A stretch of 35,490 bases of DNA from the NCBI GenBank assembly GCA_903865885.1, contig CAIPLJ010000163.1:1-35490 (forward strand), in the 5' to 3' direction. Under the pieces are notes generated by a model. It searched no databases. It saw only the letters and a list, made by a program, of their open reading frames with translations, and was not told the DNA's origin. The stretch is from an uncultured Actinomycetes bacterium (GTDB lineage: Bacteria; Actinomycetota; Actinomycetes; Nanopelagicales; Nanopelagicaceae). Position numbers and translations under genes: made by a program. Of this stretch, positions 9,654 to 20,984 are shown one piece after another. Positions within the stretch are counted from its first letter, which is position 1; each line of letters starts with the position of its first letter.

Positions 9654-10693
9654 TGAGTGAAGAGAGAATGGTAAGTTCACAGAGTGGCTCAGATGATCTG
9701 GCTGCAGAACATGAGCTACGGCCAAAGACGCTCAAAGATTTCATTGGACAACATCGTGTACGCCAACAGATAGATGTCTTATTGACGGCTGCTCGCAAGC
9801 GAGATTCAGCAGCCGACCATATTCTGCTTTCGGGTCCTCCGGGTCTTGGCAAAACTACCCTCGCGATGATTCTTGCATCCGAGATGAATACCCCAATTCG
9901 TATCACCAGTGGTCCTGCAATTACTCATGCTGGTGATCTTGCGGCGATTTTGTCCTCCCTTGTCGAAGGTGAAATTTTCTTCCTAGATGAAATTCATCGC
10001 CTGCCACGTCCAGCAGAAGAGTTGCTCTACCTTGCGATGGAAGATTTCCGCGTCGATGTTGTCGTAGGTAAGGGCCCTGGCGCGACCGCTATTCCGCTAC
10101 AACTTCCACGCTTCACCTTGGTGGGGGCGACAACGCGAGCAGGTCTACTGCCTTCACCTCTTCGCGATCGCTTTGGTTTTACGGCGCATCTAGATTTCTA
10201 CGAAGATTCCGAACTCGAAGAAGTAATTTCGCGTAGTGCTGTCTTACTTGGTCTGACAATTGAGAAGTCCGCAATCGGTGAGATTGCCAGCAGATCCCGC
10301 GGAACGCCTCGTATCGCTAATCGACTCCTACGTCGCGTCCGTGATTATGCGCAGGTCAACGGATCCAATTCGCTGACCCATGACGATGCCAAGGCAGCCC
10401 TTGAGATTTACGAAGTCGATGCCAAGGGTCTAGATAGATTGGATAGATCAGTCCTTCTTGCTTTGATCGAAAGATTTAATGGAGGGCCTGTCGGGCTTTC
10501 CACTCTTGCAATTGCAGTGGGTGAGGAGACCGAGACAGTTGAATCTGTTGCTGAGCCATTCTTAGTAAGAAATGGCTTTATGGCGCGTACTCCACGAGGT
10601 CGCATCGCGACTGCTTTGGGTTGGGAGCATGTGGGACGAACACCACCTGCTGGAATCGCGACCCTTTTCGACACACCAGCGCCCGACGCCTAG
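9653..10693 (+). CDS. ruvB: Holliday junction branch migration helicase RuvB
   Basis: LRPK, Walker [41 protein letters not shown] and RTPRGR. Confidence 0.98.
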   Translation: MSEERMVSSQSGSDDLAAEHELRPKTLKDFIGQHRVRQQIDVLLTAARKRDSAADHILLSGPPGLGKTTLAMILASEMNTPIRITSGPAITHAGDLAAILSSLVEGEIFFLDEIHRLPRPAEELLYLAMEDFRVDVVVGKGPGATAIPLQLPRFTLVGATTRAGLLPSPLRDRFGFTAHLDFYEDSELEEVISRSAVLLGLTIEKSAIGEIASRSRGTPRIANRLLRRVRDYAQVNGSNSLTHDDAKAALEIYEVDAKGLDRLDRSVLLALIERFNGGPVGLSTLAIAVGEETETVESVAEPFLVRNGFMARTPRGRIATALGWEHVGRTPPAGIATLFDTPAPDA

Positions 10694-10704
10694 ACTCTGC
10701 TCTT

Positions 10705-12225
10705 ATGTCCACACCTAATAAACCAGTGAAGACCACTGGCCGTCCGGTACGTGCCCTAGCAATCTTGGCAGTACTCGTCATCGGCCTCTTGGCAACAGCT
10801 TTAATTCAAGGTGCCACCTCGGTTCGCCTTGGACTTGATCTTCGTGGAGGAACAAGCGTCACGCTCCAACCGCGTGCTTCTAACGCCTCAAATAAAATTA
10901 CATCTGAGGCAATCGATCAGGCAGTGTCAATTATTCGCCAACGCGTTAACTCACTCGGTGTTGCAGAGTCTGAAGTAACTGCGCAAGGCAGCGGAACAAA
11001 CCGCCAGATTGTTATTTCAGTTCCAGGTGATTCAGGTCGTCGTGTGGTCGATCTCGTTGGGCAAACTGCTGAACTTCGGTTCCGCCAAGTTCTCGCAGAA
11101 TCTTCTGCGCTCACCGCAAATGACACATCAACAGCTGCAACTCCTGCATCGGGTGTGTCACCAATTATTAATGCAAAGTTTGCAGCGCTTAACTGTGCTG
11201 ATCCTGCTAGCCGACAGGGAACTGGAGCTGATGCACCAACAGACACAATCGTGGCGTGTTCGCGATCTGGTGCAAGCAAGTACATCTTGGGGCCAGCAGA
11301 GGTTCTTGGACGTCAGGTTTCTAAGGCAACGGCTGGAATCGATCAGCAGGGCGCGAGCGGTTGGTATGTACTCCTCACATTTAACGGTGAAGGCACAAAG
11401 GCTTTTGGAAGCATTACAGCTCGCGTAACAACGTTAGCTTCGCCTCAGAATCAAGTAGCAATCGTTCTTGATGGTCTCGTTGTATCGGCACCTGCAATCC
11501 GCGAAGCGATTCCATCTGGAAACGCACAAATCACTGGTTCATTTACACAGACTGAGGCACAGGATCTTGCAAACGTGCTCAAGTATGGCGCTCTTCCTCT
11601 TGCATTCGATCGCGGAGAAGTTCAGCAAGTTTCTCCAACTCTAGGTTCTGATCAACTCCATGCTGGAATTCTCGCCGGTGCACTTGGTCTGGGTCTAGTC
11701 CTACTTTTCTCACTTCTCTATTACAGAGCTCTCGGACTTGTCACTGTTGGTTCACTTGCAATCGCTGGAACAATTCTTTATCTACTCTTCCTCGTTCTTG
11801 GAAAGTCCATTGGATTTACCTTGACGCTGGCTGGTATTGCTGGAGCGATTGTTTCGATTGGTATCACCGCAGACTCCTTTATCGTCTTCTTCGAACGTAT
11901 TCGAGATGAGGCGCGCGAAGGTCGTTCATTGCGTTCGGCTGTTGAAAGTGGATGGCTTCGTGCCCGTCACACAATCATCGTGGCAGATACAGTTTCGATT
12001 CTTGCAGCTGTCCTGCTCTACTTCTTCGCAGTAGGTGGCGTTCGAGGATTCGCATTCACACTCGGCCTCACCACTCTGATCGACTTACTGATTGTCTTTA
12101 TCTTTACAAAGCCAATCGTCACCGTCATCGCGAAATGGAACTTCTTCGCTTCAGGTCATCCACTCTCCGGATTCTCCGAAAAGAGTATTGGCCGCAAGAA
12201 ATCATCTACACCTTTGGAGGCATAA
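10705..12225 (+). CDS. secD: Protein translocase subunit SecD
   Basis: LGLDLRGG, RVNSLGVAE, AIVLDG, LKYGALP, FTLTLAGIAG, FERIRDE and VRGFAFTLG. Start corrected to ATG 10705 because the ORF-track start overlaps ruvB. Confidence 0.96.
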   Translation: MSTPNKPVKTTGRPVRALAILAVLVIGLLATALIQGATSVRLGLDLRGGTSVTLQPRASNASNKITSEAIDQAVSIIRQRVNSLGVAESEVTAQGSGTNRQIVISVPGDSGRRVVDLVGQTAELRFRQVLAESSALTANDTSTAATPASGVSPIINAKFAALNCADPASRQGTGADAPTDTIVACSRSGASKYILGPAEVLGRQVSKATAGIDQQGASGWYVLLTFNGEGTKAFGSITARVTTLASPQNQVAIVLDGLVVSAPAIREAIPSGNAQITGSFTQTEAQDLANVLKYGALPLAFDRGEVQQVSPTLGSDQLHAGILAGALGLGLVLLFSLLYYRALGLVTVGSLAIAGTILYLLFLVLGKSIGFTLTLAGIAGAIVSIGITADSFIVFFERIRDEAREGRSLRSAVESGWLRARHTIIVADTVSILAAVLLYFFAVGGVRGFAFTLGLTTLIDLLIVFIFTKPIVTVIAKWNFFASGHPLSGFSEKSIGRKKSSTPLEA

Positions 12226-12229
12226 GCAG

Positions 12230-13279
12230 ATGGCTAAAATTTCAGGTCTCGGTGGGCGCCTCTACTCAGGCGAAACGTCATTTAATATTGTTGAGAACCG
12301 TAAGCGTTGGTATTCGGTATCTGCTCTCTTCATCCTCGCTGCAATTGCCGCGCTCGTTATCCAAGGTCTCCACCTGGGAATCGAGTTCAAGGGTGGAGCT
12401 TCTTATACGGTCAATCAACCAACAGCGACAGTTGCGCAAGCTCGCTCTGCAGTTGCTGGAATTGGAATTGCTGGCGAGGTAATTGTTCAGAAGATCGGAA
12501 CCTCAAAGGTTCGCGTTCAGACTGGCGCAGTAACTCCAGCACAATCACAAGCGATTGAGACAGCGCTGACAACAACATTTGGTGTCACTGCAGAGTCAAT
12601 CGATACTCAACTCGTAGGCCCATCATGGGGTAAGGAGATCACGAGAAAAGCGCTTTATGGATTGTTCGCCTTTCTTCTTGCTGTAATGCTCTTCTTGGCA
12701 ATGGCATTCGAACCCAAGATGGCTATCGCAGCAATCGTTGCCGTCGTCCATGACGTTCTGATTACCGTTGGAATTTATGCACTCGTTGGATTCGATGTCA
12801 CCCCGGCCACGGTTATTGGCTTCCTAACCATCCTTGGCTACTCGCTCTATGACACGGTGGTTGTCTTCGATAAGGTGCGCGAGAATACGAAATCAGTTGC
12901 TGCCAATAGCAAGATGACATACTCACAAGCAGCAAACCTTGCGGTCAATCAAACACTTGTACGTTCTGCGAACACATCGCTGATCGCACTACTTCCCGTT
13001 GCATCAATCCTCTTCGTAGGTGCGGGTTTACTTGGAGCCGGAACGCTCAAGGATCTTTCGCTTGCACTTTTCATTGGTCTCGCAGTGGGTACATATTCAT
13101 CAGTATTTATTGCGCCACCATTCCTTGCACAGCTTCGCGAAAAAGAACCTGCGATGCAGGCACTTGCCAAGCGCGTTGCAGCGCGTGGGGGAGCAGCTCC
13201 TGCGGCGCAGACTCAAGAAGTTCGCACATCAACTGGCAGCGGTCCTCGCAATCAACCTAAACGCAAGGGTCGCAAGTAA
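12230..13279 (+). CDS. secF: Protein translocase subunit SecF
   Basis: LGIEFKGG, VGPSWG, HDV, LTILGYSLYDTVVVFDKVRE and GTYSSVFIA. Start corrected to ATG 12230 after a GGAGG SD. Confidence 0.96.
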   Translation: MAKISGLGGRLYSGETSFNIVENRKRWYSVSALFILAAIAALVIQGLHLGIEFKGGASYTVNQPTATVAQARSAVAGIGIAGEVIVQKIGTSKVRVQTGAVTPAQSQAIETALTTTFGVTAESIDTQLVGPSWGKEITRKALYGLFAFLLAVMLFLAMAFEPKMAIAAIVAVVHDVLITVGIYALVGFDVTPATVIGFLTILGYSLYDTVVVFDKVRENTKSVAANSKMTYSQAANLAVNQTLVRSANTSLIALLPVASILFVGAGLLGAGTLKDLSLALFIGLAVGTYSSVFIAPPFLAQLREKEPAMQALAKRVAARGGAAPAAQTQEVRTSTGSGPRNQPKRKGRK

Positions 13280-13296
13280 CTCTTTAATCAAGTCCT

Positions 13297-15456
13297 ATGG
13301 ATACCTTGCCCCTGATTGCGCCTCTTGTGGGTGCACTCAGAGAGCATCATCCAGGCGTTGATATATCTGGGATCGAGAAGGCATTCCGGGTTGCTGAAGA
13401 AGCACACAAAGGACAACTTCGTAAATCTGGTGAAGATTACATAACTCACCCAGTTGCGGTAACTCAGATTCTCGCTGAGCTTGGCTTAAATGAAACAACT
13501 CTGATTGCTGCTCTTCTGCACGATACGGTTGAAGACACCCCATATTCATTGACGCAACTTCGCGCAGATTTCGGTGATGAGATTGCAAATCTCGTGGATG
13601 GTGTCACCAAGCTCGATAAATTGACCTACGGACCAACGGCTGAAGCAGAGACCGTTCGCAAAATGGTTGTTGCAATGTCTCGAGATATCCGAGTGTTAGT
13701 CATCAAACTTGCAGATCGCCTTCACAATGCTCGCACCTGGAAATATGTTTCCAGCGATAGTGCAGCTCGTAAAGCTCGAGAGACCCTTGATATCTACGCC
13801 CCACTTGCCCACCGTCTTGGAATGAATGCCATCAAATGGGAGCTGGAAGATTTATCGTTCGAAGTACTCGAACCAAAAAAGTTTGAGGAAATTTCACGCC
13901 TTGTCGCGGAACGTTCGCCATCGCGCGACGCACTCACCAGCGAAGTCATTGAAGCAGTGGAATCAGATCTGCAACGTGATTTGATTGTGGCCACCGTGAC
14001 GGGGCGCAAGAAACATTTCTTTAGCGTCTACCAGAAGATGGTTGTTCGTGGCCGTGAATTCAATGATATTTATGATCTCGTTGGTATTCGCGTCTTGGTT
14101 AACGATGTGCGCGATTGCTATGCAGTGCTTGGTTCTATCCATGCGCGATGGAGCCCGGTGCCTGGACGTTTCAAAGATTACATTGCGATGCCTAAGTTCA
14201 ATCTCTATCAATCCCTGCACACCACAGTGATTGGTCCCAATGGCAAGGCAATCGAGATTCAGATTCGTACGTTTGATATGCATACACGCGCTGAGTTCGG
14301 TATCGCAGCGCATTGGAAATATAAGCAAGGGGGAGAGCCAGATAGCACCTCTCCTGAAATGTTATGGCTGCGCCAATTGCATGAGTGGCAGAAAGAGACT
14401 GAAGATCCTTCAGAGTTTCTTGAAGCTCTACGCTTTGATTTAGGTAGTCCTGAGGTTTTTGTCTTCACACCTAAAGGTTCTGTCGTCGCACTACCTGGCG
14501 GATCAACGCCAGTTGACTTCGCATTCTCGGTTCACACAGATGTTGGACTTCGGTGTGCAGGCGCAAAGGTCAATGGGCGACTCGTTCCGCTTGAATCCAA
14601 ACTCGCGAACGGAGATGTCGTTGAGATTGTTACCAATAAGGGCGAGCATGCAGGTCCAAGTCGTGACTGGCTCAACTTTGTTAAGAGCCCGCGTGCACGT
14701 TCGAAGATCAAGGCATGGTTTAGCAAGGAGCGACGCGAGGAAGCAATTGATGCTGGTCGTGAGTCCATTGCGCGACAGATGCGTAAAGCAGGACTTCCTC
14801 TTCAGAAGATCTTTGCCGGTCACTCACTTCTTGAGCTCGCACATGAGATGCGTTATGCCGACATTGATGCGCTATATAGCGCTGTAGGCGATGGACATGT
14901 GTCGGCTGCCTCAATCATCGACAAACTCGTTGCGAGTATGGGTGGCGAGGATTCACATCCTGAACAAACAATTGAACAGATTCCAACTGGTATTCAAGGA
15001 ACTCGTCGCACATCCAGCGCAGTTGAAGTTGAGGGTGTTGATGATGTACTGGTCAAACTTGCGCGTTGCTGCACGCCAGTTCCAGGCGATGCAATTATGG
15101 GATTTATTACCAAAGGTTCAGGTATCTCTGTCCATCGCATCGACTGTATCAATGCGGGAGATTTGCGCGAGAACCAAGCAGAGAGAGTTGTAAAAGTTTC
15201 TTGGCTTGCAGGAGCTGCAAGTCTCTTCCTCGTTAACATCCAAGTAGAAGCCCTCGATCGCGCACGATTACTTGCAGATGTAACTCGAACGCTATCTGAG
15301 CAGCATGTAAACATCTTGAGCGCTGCCGTTAGTACTTCAAAGGATCGTGTAGCGATCTCAAAATTCACCTTTGAAATGGCTGATGCAAAGCATCTCGACT
15401 CAGTTCTGGCAGCGGTTCGTTCTATCGAAGGCGTCTATGACGTCTATAGAACGTAA
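13297..15456 (+). CDS. relA: Bifunctional (p)ppGpp synthetase/hydrolase Rel
   Basis: HD hydrolase motif LLHDTVED, KLADRLHN, synthetase RFKDY (RxKD type), YQSLHT, EIQIRT, AAHWKYK, TGS domain, CCTPVPGD and C-terminal ACT domain. Confidence 0.97.
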   Translation: MDTLPLIAPLVGALREHHPGVDISGIEKAFRVAEEAHKGQLRKSGEDYITHPVAVTQILAELGLNETTLIAALLHDTVEDTPYSLTQLRADFGDEIANLVDGVTKLDKLTYGPTAEAETVRKMVVAMSRDIRVLVIKLADRLHNARTWKYVSSDSAARKARETLDIYAPLAHRLGMNAIKWELEDLSFEVLEPKKFEEISRLVAERSPSRDALTSEVIEAVESDLQRDLIVATVTGRKKHFFSVYQKMVVRGREFNDIYDLVGIRVLVNDVRDCYAVLGSIHARWSPVPGRFKDYIAMPKFNLYQSLHTTVIGPNGKAIEIQIRTFDMHTRAEFGIAAHWKYKQGGEPDSTSPEMLWLRQLHEWQKETEDPSEFLEALRFDLGSPEVFVFTPKGSVVALPGGSTPVDFAFSVHTDVGLRCAGAKVNGRLVPLESKLANGDVVEIVTNKGEHAGPSRDWLNFVKSPRARSKIKAWFSKERREEAIDAGRESIARQMRKAGLPLQKIFAGHSLLELAHEMRYADIDALYSAVGDGHVSAASIIDKLVASMGGEDSHPEQTIEQIPTGIQGTRRTSSAVEVEGVDDVLVKLARCCTPVPGDAIMGFITKGSGISVHRIDCINAGDLRENQAERVVKVSWLAGAASLFLVNIQVEALDRARLLADVTRTLSEQHVNILSAAVSTSKDRVAISKFTFEMADAKHLDSVLAAVRSIEGVYDVYRT

Positions 15457-15464
15457 TTGACTAA

Positions 15465-16784
15465 TCAGTTAAATTCAGCGAGGTGTTTTTCAGCCTCTGC
15501 AAGCCAGACCTTACGAGCTTCAGCTGAGTCGAGAGCTTCTTTAGCCTTCTTCTCATTGCCTGCAGCTTGTGACTTTGCTGCGACTTTTGCGTAATTCTCG
15601 ATGGATTCAGTGAGCTGCTTAACAACTTCTGCAGCACGAGCTTTCGCACTGGGATCGGTCTTGCGCCAAATCTCAGCTTCAGCTTCCTTGATCGCATTTT
15701 CAACCGTTGCCACGCGCGCATCGAAGGCAGCGCGCTTATCGCGGTTTGTGATACCAATCTTGGTCCAAGAGTTCATGAGATCGCGGAAGGCATTCTTTGC
15801 AACCTTCACATCAGTAAATGGAAGGATTGCTTCAATCTGCACAATGAGTTCTTCGCGCTTAATAAGGTTTGCAGCCATTGAGACTTCACGCTTTTCTAAA
15901 TCAGCATTCTTTGCAGTGAAGAATTGATCTTGCGCTGCCTTAAAGCGAGCCCACATCTTTGCGTCATCGCTCTTCTTGCCACGACCGGCAGCTTTCCACT
16001 GATCCATCAGAGCCTTGTACTGACGAGCTGTCGCAACCCAGTCAGTAGATGTGGCCAACTTCTCGGCCTGCTCGATAATCACGGATTTGGCTTCAGAGAC
16101 CTTGCCTGCTGTTGCTTCAAGTTGAGCAAAGTGAGTGCGTCTGCGCTTATCAAACTTATTTCGTGATGCCGAGAAACGCTTCCAGAAATCTGCATCAGAT
16201 TTCTTATCGAGTCGAGGTGCCGCCTTCCACTCATCTAGAAGTGCCTTGAGGCGATCGCCTGTAACTTTCCAATTTTCAGAAAGCGCTAGTGATTCAGCTT
16301 CGACAACAATCTTCTCTTTCTCAATCAAAATTTGTTCGCGTCGAGCGGCCTTGACTACAGCCTCAGCTGCCTTCTTCGCTTCATATGCTTCGCGATGGCC
16401 TTCGATGAGCGGTTCGATCTGCTCAACTGATTGAGCAAGTGCGGCCAAATCTCCGACTCCGTTGAGTTCAGCAACTTGGTGGCGCAACTTTTTTACTGCT
16501 TCATATGCATCTTGAGGAACCATGGCACCACTTGTGATGCGGGCTGCCGTAAGCGCTACTTCAGATGCGAGCGCTTCAAATTTACGGACGAAGTATGCGA
16601 GGGCTTCTTCAGAAGTTTTACCAGGGTATGAACCCACTGCCTTCTCACCATCGGGGGTACGAACATAGACAGTGCCATCGTCTGCAACGCGACCAAATTG
16701 TGAAGGGTCTCCGATAAGTGCAGATGCTGCACTTGCTGGTGCTCCGTGTGTATGAGCCAATGTAGATGGATTGATATCGGTCAT
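15465..16784 (-). CDS. DUF349 domain-containing coiled-coil protein
   Basis: FGRVADDGTVYVRT..GE..VGSY, EEALAYFVRKF and repeated W(K)..W.RF helical units. Start corrected to ATG 16784 after SD GAAGGGG. Typical convergent neighbour of rel in Actinobacteria. Confidence 0.88.
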   Translation of the reverse strand: MTDINPSTLAHTHGAPASAASALIGDPSQFGRVADDGTVYVRTPDGEKAVGSYPGKTSEEALAYFVRKFEALASEVALTAARITSGAMVPQDAYEAVKKLRHQVAELNGVGDLAALAQSVEQIEPLIEGHREAYEAKKAAEAVVKAARREQILIEKEKIVVEAESLALSENWKVTGDRLKALLDEWKAAPRLDKKSDADFWKRFSASRNKFDKRRRTHFAQLEATAGKVSEAKSVIIEQAEKLATSTDWVATARQYKALMDQWKAAGRGKKSDDAKMWARFKAAQDQFFTAKNADLEKREVSMAANLIKREELIVQIEAILPFTDVKVAKNAFRDLMNSWTKIGITNRDKRAAFDARVATVENAIKEAEAEIWRKTDPSAKARAAEVVKQLTESIENYAKVAAKSQAAGNEKKAKEALDSAEARKVWLAEAEKHLAEFN

Positions 16785-16916
16785 GATGTTCCCCTTCAGC
16801 GCGTTAGCCGCATCTTTAGTGACGCGGCCTTCGTTGATATGTGCCAATGTGTAAGTGGTCAAAGGTACCCTGTGCATCCTCTAGTCGTAAATCCTCGCAA
16901 GAAATTGGGTCTCATA

Positions 16917-17573
16917 GTGCTTGTTCGTTCCTTTCCAGCCCCTATGTTTGCGACCAATTGCTGGGTGATAGCCCAGGGCGAGGGCCAAGAGTGCATCATC
17001 GTGGACCCTGGCATGCCTGATATTTCTCGCGATATCGAGATGATTGTTGAAGAGCACCATCTCAAACCCGTTGCAGCTCTCTTAACGCATGGACATTTGG
17101 ATCATACATATTCCATCAAGCCACTTGCAGATGGATACAACATTCCTGCATACATTCATTCTGAGGATCGCCGCTTCATTGCAGATCCCATTGGATTGCA
17201 TGGCGAACAATTCGTAGCGCAATTAGCAGGTATGGAATTCGCAGAACCAATCATGGTGAAAGAGTTGAAGAACAATGCAGTTCTGGATTTACTGGGAATG
17301 AAGATTGTCGCAATCCACGCACCTGGTCATACTCGAGGCTCGTTGATGTTCACAATCAACGATGAACTTCTCGTCAGCGGTGATGTTCTCTTTGCTGGTG
17401 CGATTGGTCGCACTGATTTGCCCACAGGGAGCGCAAAAGAGATGACACAGACCTTGAAATCAAAAGTTCTTACGCTCAGCGATGATTTGCGCGTGCTCAC
17501 CGGACATGGGCCTGAGACAACGATTAAATTCGAGCGAAAAAACAACCCTTATCTGAAAGAATTGGGTCTATGA
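16917..17573 (+). CDS. MBL-fold metallo-hydrolase (glyoxalase II-like)
   Basis: [37 protein letters not shown] and GHGPETT. Start corrected to GTG 16917. Confidence 0.92.
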   Translation: MLVRSFPAPMFATNCWVIAQGEGQECIIVDPGMPDISRDIEMIVEEHHLKPVAALLTHGHLDHTYSIKPLADGYNIPAYIHSEDRRFIADPIGLHGEQFVAQLAGMEFAEPIMVKELKNNAVLDLLGMKIVAIHAPGHTRGSLMFTINDELLVSGDVLFAGAIGRTDLPTGSAKEMTQTLKSKVLTLSDDLRVLTGHGPETTIKFERKNNPYLKELGL

Positions 17574-18838
17574 AGTTCGAGAAGATACAAGCGCCAAAGG
17601 GCGTTCGTGAATATCTGCCTCCCGAATCCCAATCCTTCGAATGGGTTCGCGAGCAGTTGATTTCTCCTGCCAAAGCTGCGGGTTATCAACTGATGGAACT
17701 TCCCGTCTTTGAAGATACCAATCTCTTTACCCGTGGAGTCGGTGAGTCAACAGATGTCGTCTCGAAGGAGATGTACACATTCGAAGATCGCGGTGGCCGT
17801 TCCATTACCTTGCGCCCCGAGGGCACAGCTGGCGTTATGCGCGCTGTGATCGAATCAAATCTTGACCGCGGACAGCTACCTGTAAAAGTTTGGTATTCGG
17901 GGCAATTCTTTCGCGCAGAGCGACCACAAGCCGGACGCTATCGTCAGTTTTATCAAGTGGGAATTGAAGCGATTGGTATCGATGATCCTGCGCTTGATGC
18001 GGAAGTAATTGCAATCGCTGACCGTGGTTTTAAGAATCTAGGGCTGAAAAATTACAGACTAGAAATTACTTCGCTGGGGGATGCACAATCTCGAGCTGCT
18101 CATCGCGTTGATCTACTGAAATTCATTTCTGGTTTGCAATTAGATGAAGCAACAGTTTCACGTGCAGCAATCAATCCTCTTCGCCTCTTCGATGATAAGC
18201 GCCCTGAGATGCAGGAAGCTATGGCCAAAGCACCGATTCTGCTTGACTATCTCTCACCTGCTTCAGCACAGAACTTCGCAGCGGTTCAGAGTTATCTCAA
18301 AGAGATGGGAATTGCATTTACGATTAATCCACGAATGGTTCGCGGTTTGGATTATTACACCGGCACGACATTTGAATTCATTCATCCCGATCTCGGTGCG
18401 CAAAGTGGCATCGGCGGCGGAGGCCGTTACGACGGTTTGATGGAGACTCTCGGTGGACAAGCGTTATCAGGAATTGGTTTCGGTCTTGGCGTTGATCGCG
18501 CGCTGCTTGCAGCGATTGCCGAATCAACAGTTCCTAGCCAAGAATTCACATCGGACTTGTTTATTATTCCTTTGGGAGATGAATCGAAAGGGCAAGCGCT
18601 CACCATCGCTTCATCTCTTCGAGCATCTGGTATCCGCACCGAAATCGCCTTTGGAGATCGAGCGCTGAAAGGTGCGATGAAGGCAGCCGATAAGTCTGGT
18701 GCGCGCTATGTCATAGTTCTTGGAGAATCTGAACTGCGCGATGGCTCGGTCGAACTCAAGAGAATGTCAGATGGAGTTACATCCTCGGTTAAGATTGCCC
18801 AATTACAGGATGAGTTACAGCGGGCACTCGCGCTGTAG
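17570..18838 (+). CDS. hisS: Histidine--tRNA ligase
   Basis: [41 protein letters not shown] and GGGRYDGL. Confidence 0.98.
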   Translation: MKFEKIQAPKGVREYLPPESQSFEWVREQLISPAKAAGYQLMELPVFEDTNLFTRGVGESTDVVSKEMYTFEDRGGRSITLRPEGTAGVMRAVIESNLDRGQLPVKVWYSGQFFRAERPQAGRYRQFYQVGIEAIGIDDPALDAEVIAIADRGFKNLGLKNYRLEITSLGDAQSRAAHRVDLLKFISGLQLDEATVSRAAINPLRLFDDKRPEMQEAMAKAPILLDYLSPASAQNFAAVQSYLKEMGIAFTINPRMVRGLDYYTGTTFEFIHPDLGAQSGIGGGGRYDGLMETLGGQALSGIGFGLGVDRALLAAIAESTVPSQEFTSDLFIIPLGDESKGQALTIASSLRASGIRTEIAFGDRALKGAMKAADKSGARYVIVLGESELRDGSVELKRMSDGVTSSVKIAQLQDELQRALAL

Positions 18839-18868
18839 GTCACCATCATCTAAAGGCGGCTCTTCACA

Positions 18869-20608
18869 ATGTTAAGAAACCACGACGCAGGATCTCTCCG
18901 CGCATCTCATGCCGGTCAGACCGTAACTCTTGCTGGGTGGGTCGCTCGTCGCCGTGATCACGGTGGAGTCGCATTTATCGATCTTCGCGATGCAACTGGT
19001 TCTGTGCAGGTTGTTATTCGCGATGAAAAGATGGCCGGCCAATTACGTGCCGAATGGTGTCTGCAAATTACAGGTGAGGTCGCACTTCGCCCCGCAGGAA
19101 ATGAGAATTCAAATATCCCAACAGGTGCCATTGAGATCATGGGTGATGGCGTTGTTGTATTGAGTGAATCTGCTCCACTTCCTTTCCCGGTCGATTCTGG
19201 CAGCGAATCTGAAATCTCTGAAGAAGTTCGTCTTCGTTATCGCTACCTCGATTTGCGTCGTGAAGGACCAGCAGCAAATCTTCGACTGCGATCAAAGGTC
19301 ACATCATCTATTCGTAATGCCATGGAAGAACTTGATTTTCTCGAGATTGAAACTCCGTACCTCACACGTTCGACTCCCGAAGGTGCGCGTGACTTCTTAG
19401 TTCCCGTCAGATTGCAACCAGGAAGTTGGTATGCGCTTCCGCAATCACCTCAACTCTTTAAGCAGTTATTGATGGTCGCGGGCATGGAGCGCTACTACCA
19501 AATTGCTCGCTGTTTCCGCGATGAAGATTTCCGCGCAGATCGCCAGCCAGAATTTACACAGCTCGACATCGAGATGTCATTTGTCGATCAAGCAGATATT
19601 GTCGCAGTGGCTGAGAAAATTCTTGTGAAAGTGTGGAAGGAAGCGGTCGGATACGACATTCCTACTCCGATCAAACATATGACCTATGCAGACGCAATGG
19701 ATAGATATGGTTCAGATAAACCTGACCTTCGCTTTGGTCTCCAACTCACAGAGGTAACTGATTTCTTTAAGGCAACGCCGTTCCGAGTTTTCCAAGCACC
19801 ATATGTAGGAGCAGTTGTGATGCCCGGGGGAGCCGATTCTCCTCGTCGCGAACTCGATGCATGGCAAGACTGGGCCAAAGCACGAGGCGCAAAGGGAATC
19901 GCATACATTCTTGTCAACGCAGATGGAACTCTTGGTGGTCCTGTCTCAAAGAACATTTCTGAAGAAGAACAAGCAGGAATTGCTGCTCTTGTCGGCGCAA
20001 AGCCCGGAGATGCAATCTTCTTCGCAGCAGGCGAACGTGCTTCATCCCAGCAGCTACTTGGTGCCGCACGCCTTGAAATCGGTAAACGATGTGCCCTTAT
20101 CAATGAAGGCGCATGGGAGTTCGTATGGGTAGTCGATGCGCCAATGTTCGAGCCAACTGATAACGGTGGATGGACTGCAGTACACCACCCATTCACTGGA
20201 CCAAAGCCTGAATTTGCTCAGACATTTAAATCAGATCCAGCAACGGCCCTTGCATATGCATATGACATCGTTCTTAACGGAACTGAGTTGGGTGGCGGTT
20301 CAATCCGTATCCATGATCGCCTTATGCAGAAAGATGTCTTTACAGTCATTGGACTCTCAGATGAAGAAGCGCAGAGCAAATTTGGATTCTTATTAGAGGC
20401 CTTTAATTACGGACCGCCACCACACGGTGGAATTGCACTTGGACTAGACCGAGTCTGTGCACTCTTGACTGGCTCCGATTCCATTCGCGAAGTCATCGCA
20501 TTTCCTAAGACTGCTAGCGGTGGAGACCCACTGACTGGCGCACCAACTCCTATTACTCCTGCGCAACGAAAGGAGGCTGCCATCGATTGGACTCCTCCAA
20601 AGGAGTAA
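18869..20608 (+). CDS. aspS: Aspartate--tRNA ligase, probably non-discriminating Asp/Asn type
   Basis: [58 protein letters not shown] and [12 protein letters not shown]. Confidence 0.98.
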   Translation: MLRNHDAGSLRASHAGQTVTLAGWVARRRDHGGVAFIDLRDATGSVQVVIRDEKMAGQLRAEWCLQITGEVALRPAGNENSNIPTGAIEIMGDGVVVLSESAPLPFPVDSGSESEISEEVRLRYRYLDLRREGPAANLRLRSKVTSSIRNAMEELDFLEIETPYLTRSTPEGARDFLVPVRLQPGSWYALPQSPQLFKQLLMVAGMERYYQIARCFRDEDFRADRQPEFTQLDIEMSFVDQADIVAVAEKILVKVWKEAVGYDIPTPIKHMTYADAMDRYGSDKPDLRFGLQLTEVTDFFKATPFRVFQAPYVGAVVMPGGADSPRRELDAWQDWAKARGAKGIAYILVNADGTLGGPVSKNISEEEQAGIAALVGAKPGDAIFFAAGERASSQQLLGAARLEIGKRCALINEGAWEFVWVVDAPMFEPTDNGGWTAVHHPFTGPKPEFAQTFKSDPATALAYAYDIVLNGTELGGGSIRIHDRLMQKDVFTVIGLSDEEAQSKFGFLLEAFNYGPPPHGGIALGLDRVCALLTGSDSIREVIAFPKTASGGDPLTGAPTPITPAQRKEAAIDWTPPKE

Positions 20609-20627
20609 GTCAGGTAGGCTAATAACT

Positions 20628-20984
20628 ATGGGTCCAGGCGGAATTGCAACGATTATTGCGGCGGTATCACTCCTTGTGATCGCTATTGCGATCTCCTACA
20701 CCGTTATCCGCGTCAGCAGATTTATCGATGAGGCCAAGCTCTCGCTCAAAGCATTTACAGAGGACACAACTCCGCTGCTTACTGAATCCACTCGCACCCT
20801 TTCTTTGATTAATAGCCCTCTCGAGAGTTTTGCCAAGATCACGAAGAACGTGGAAGAGGTAACCACTAAAGTCACTGGTGCAACGACAGGTTTCATGGAT
20901 AGTCCTACTGGTCGTGTAGCTGGAGCGCTCCTGAGCGCTGCAACTCTGAGCAAGGGTCGCAAGTCGAAGAAAAAATCTGACTAG
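20628..20984 (+). CDS. DUF948 family small membrane protein
   Basis: N-terminal TM (GGIATIIAA...), helical T.PLL segment and basic tail. Usual position upstream of alaS. -10 TAGGCT lies 7 nt upstream. Confidence 0.75.
   Translation: MGPGGIATIIAAVSLLVIAIAISYTVIRVSRFIDEAKLSLKAFTEDTTPLLTESTRTLSLINSPLESFAKITKNVEEVTTKVTGATTGFMDSPTGRVAGALLSAATLSKGRKSKKKSD

Noticed and set aside
10621-10704. N-terminal extensions in the ORF track for secD, secF, DUF349, MBL hydrolase, mltG and aroC
   Set aside because: They overlap neighbouring genes or promoters. Downstream starts match family N-termini and SD or -10 spacing.
19684-20196. Long antisense or alternate-frame ORFs (e.g. 19684-20196, 22021-22506, 7680-8138, 11952-12482, 14459-14887)
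   Set aside because: They lie within well-supported housekeeping genes, have no recognisable motifs and are typical shadow ORFs.
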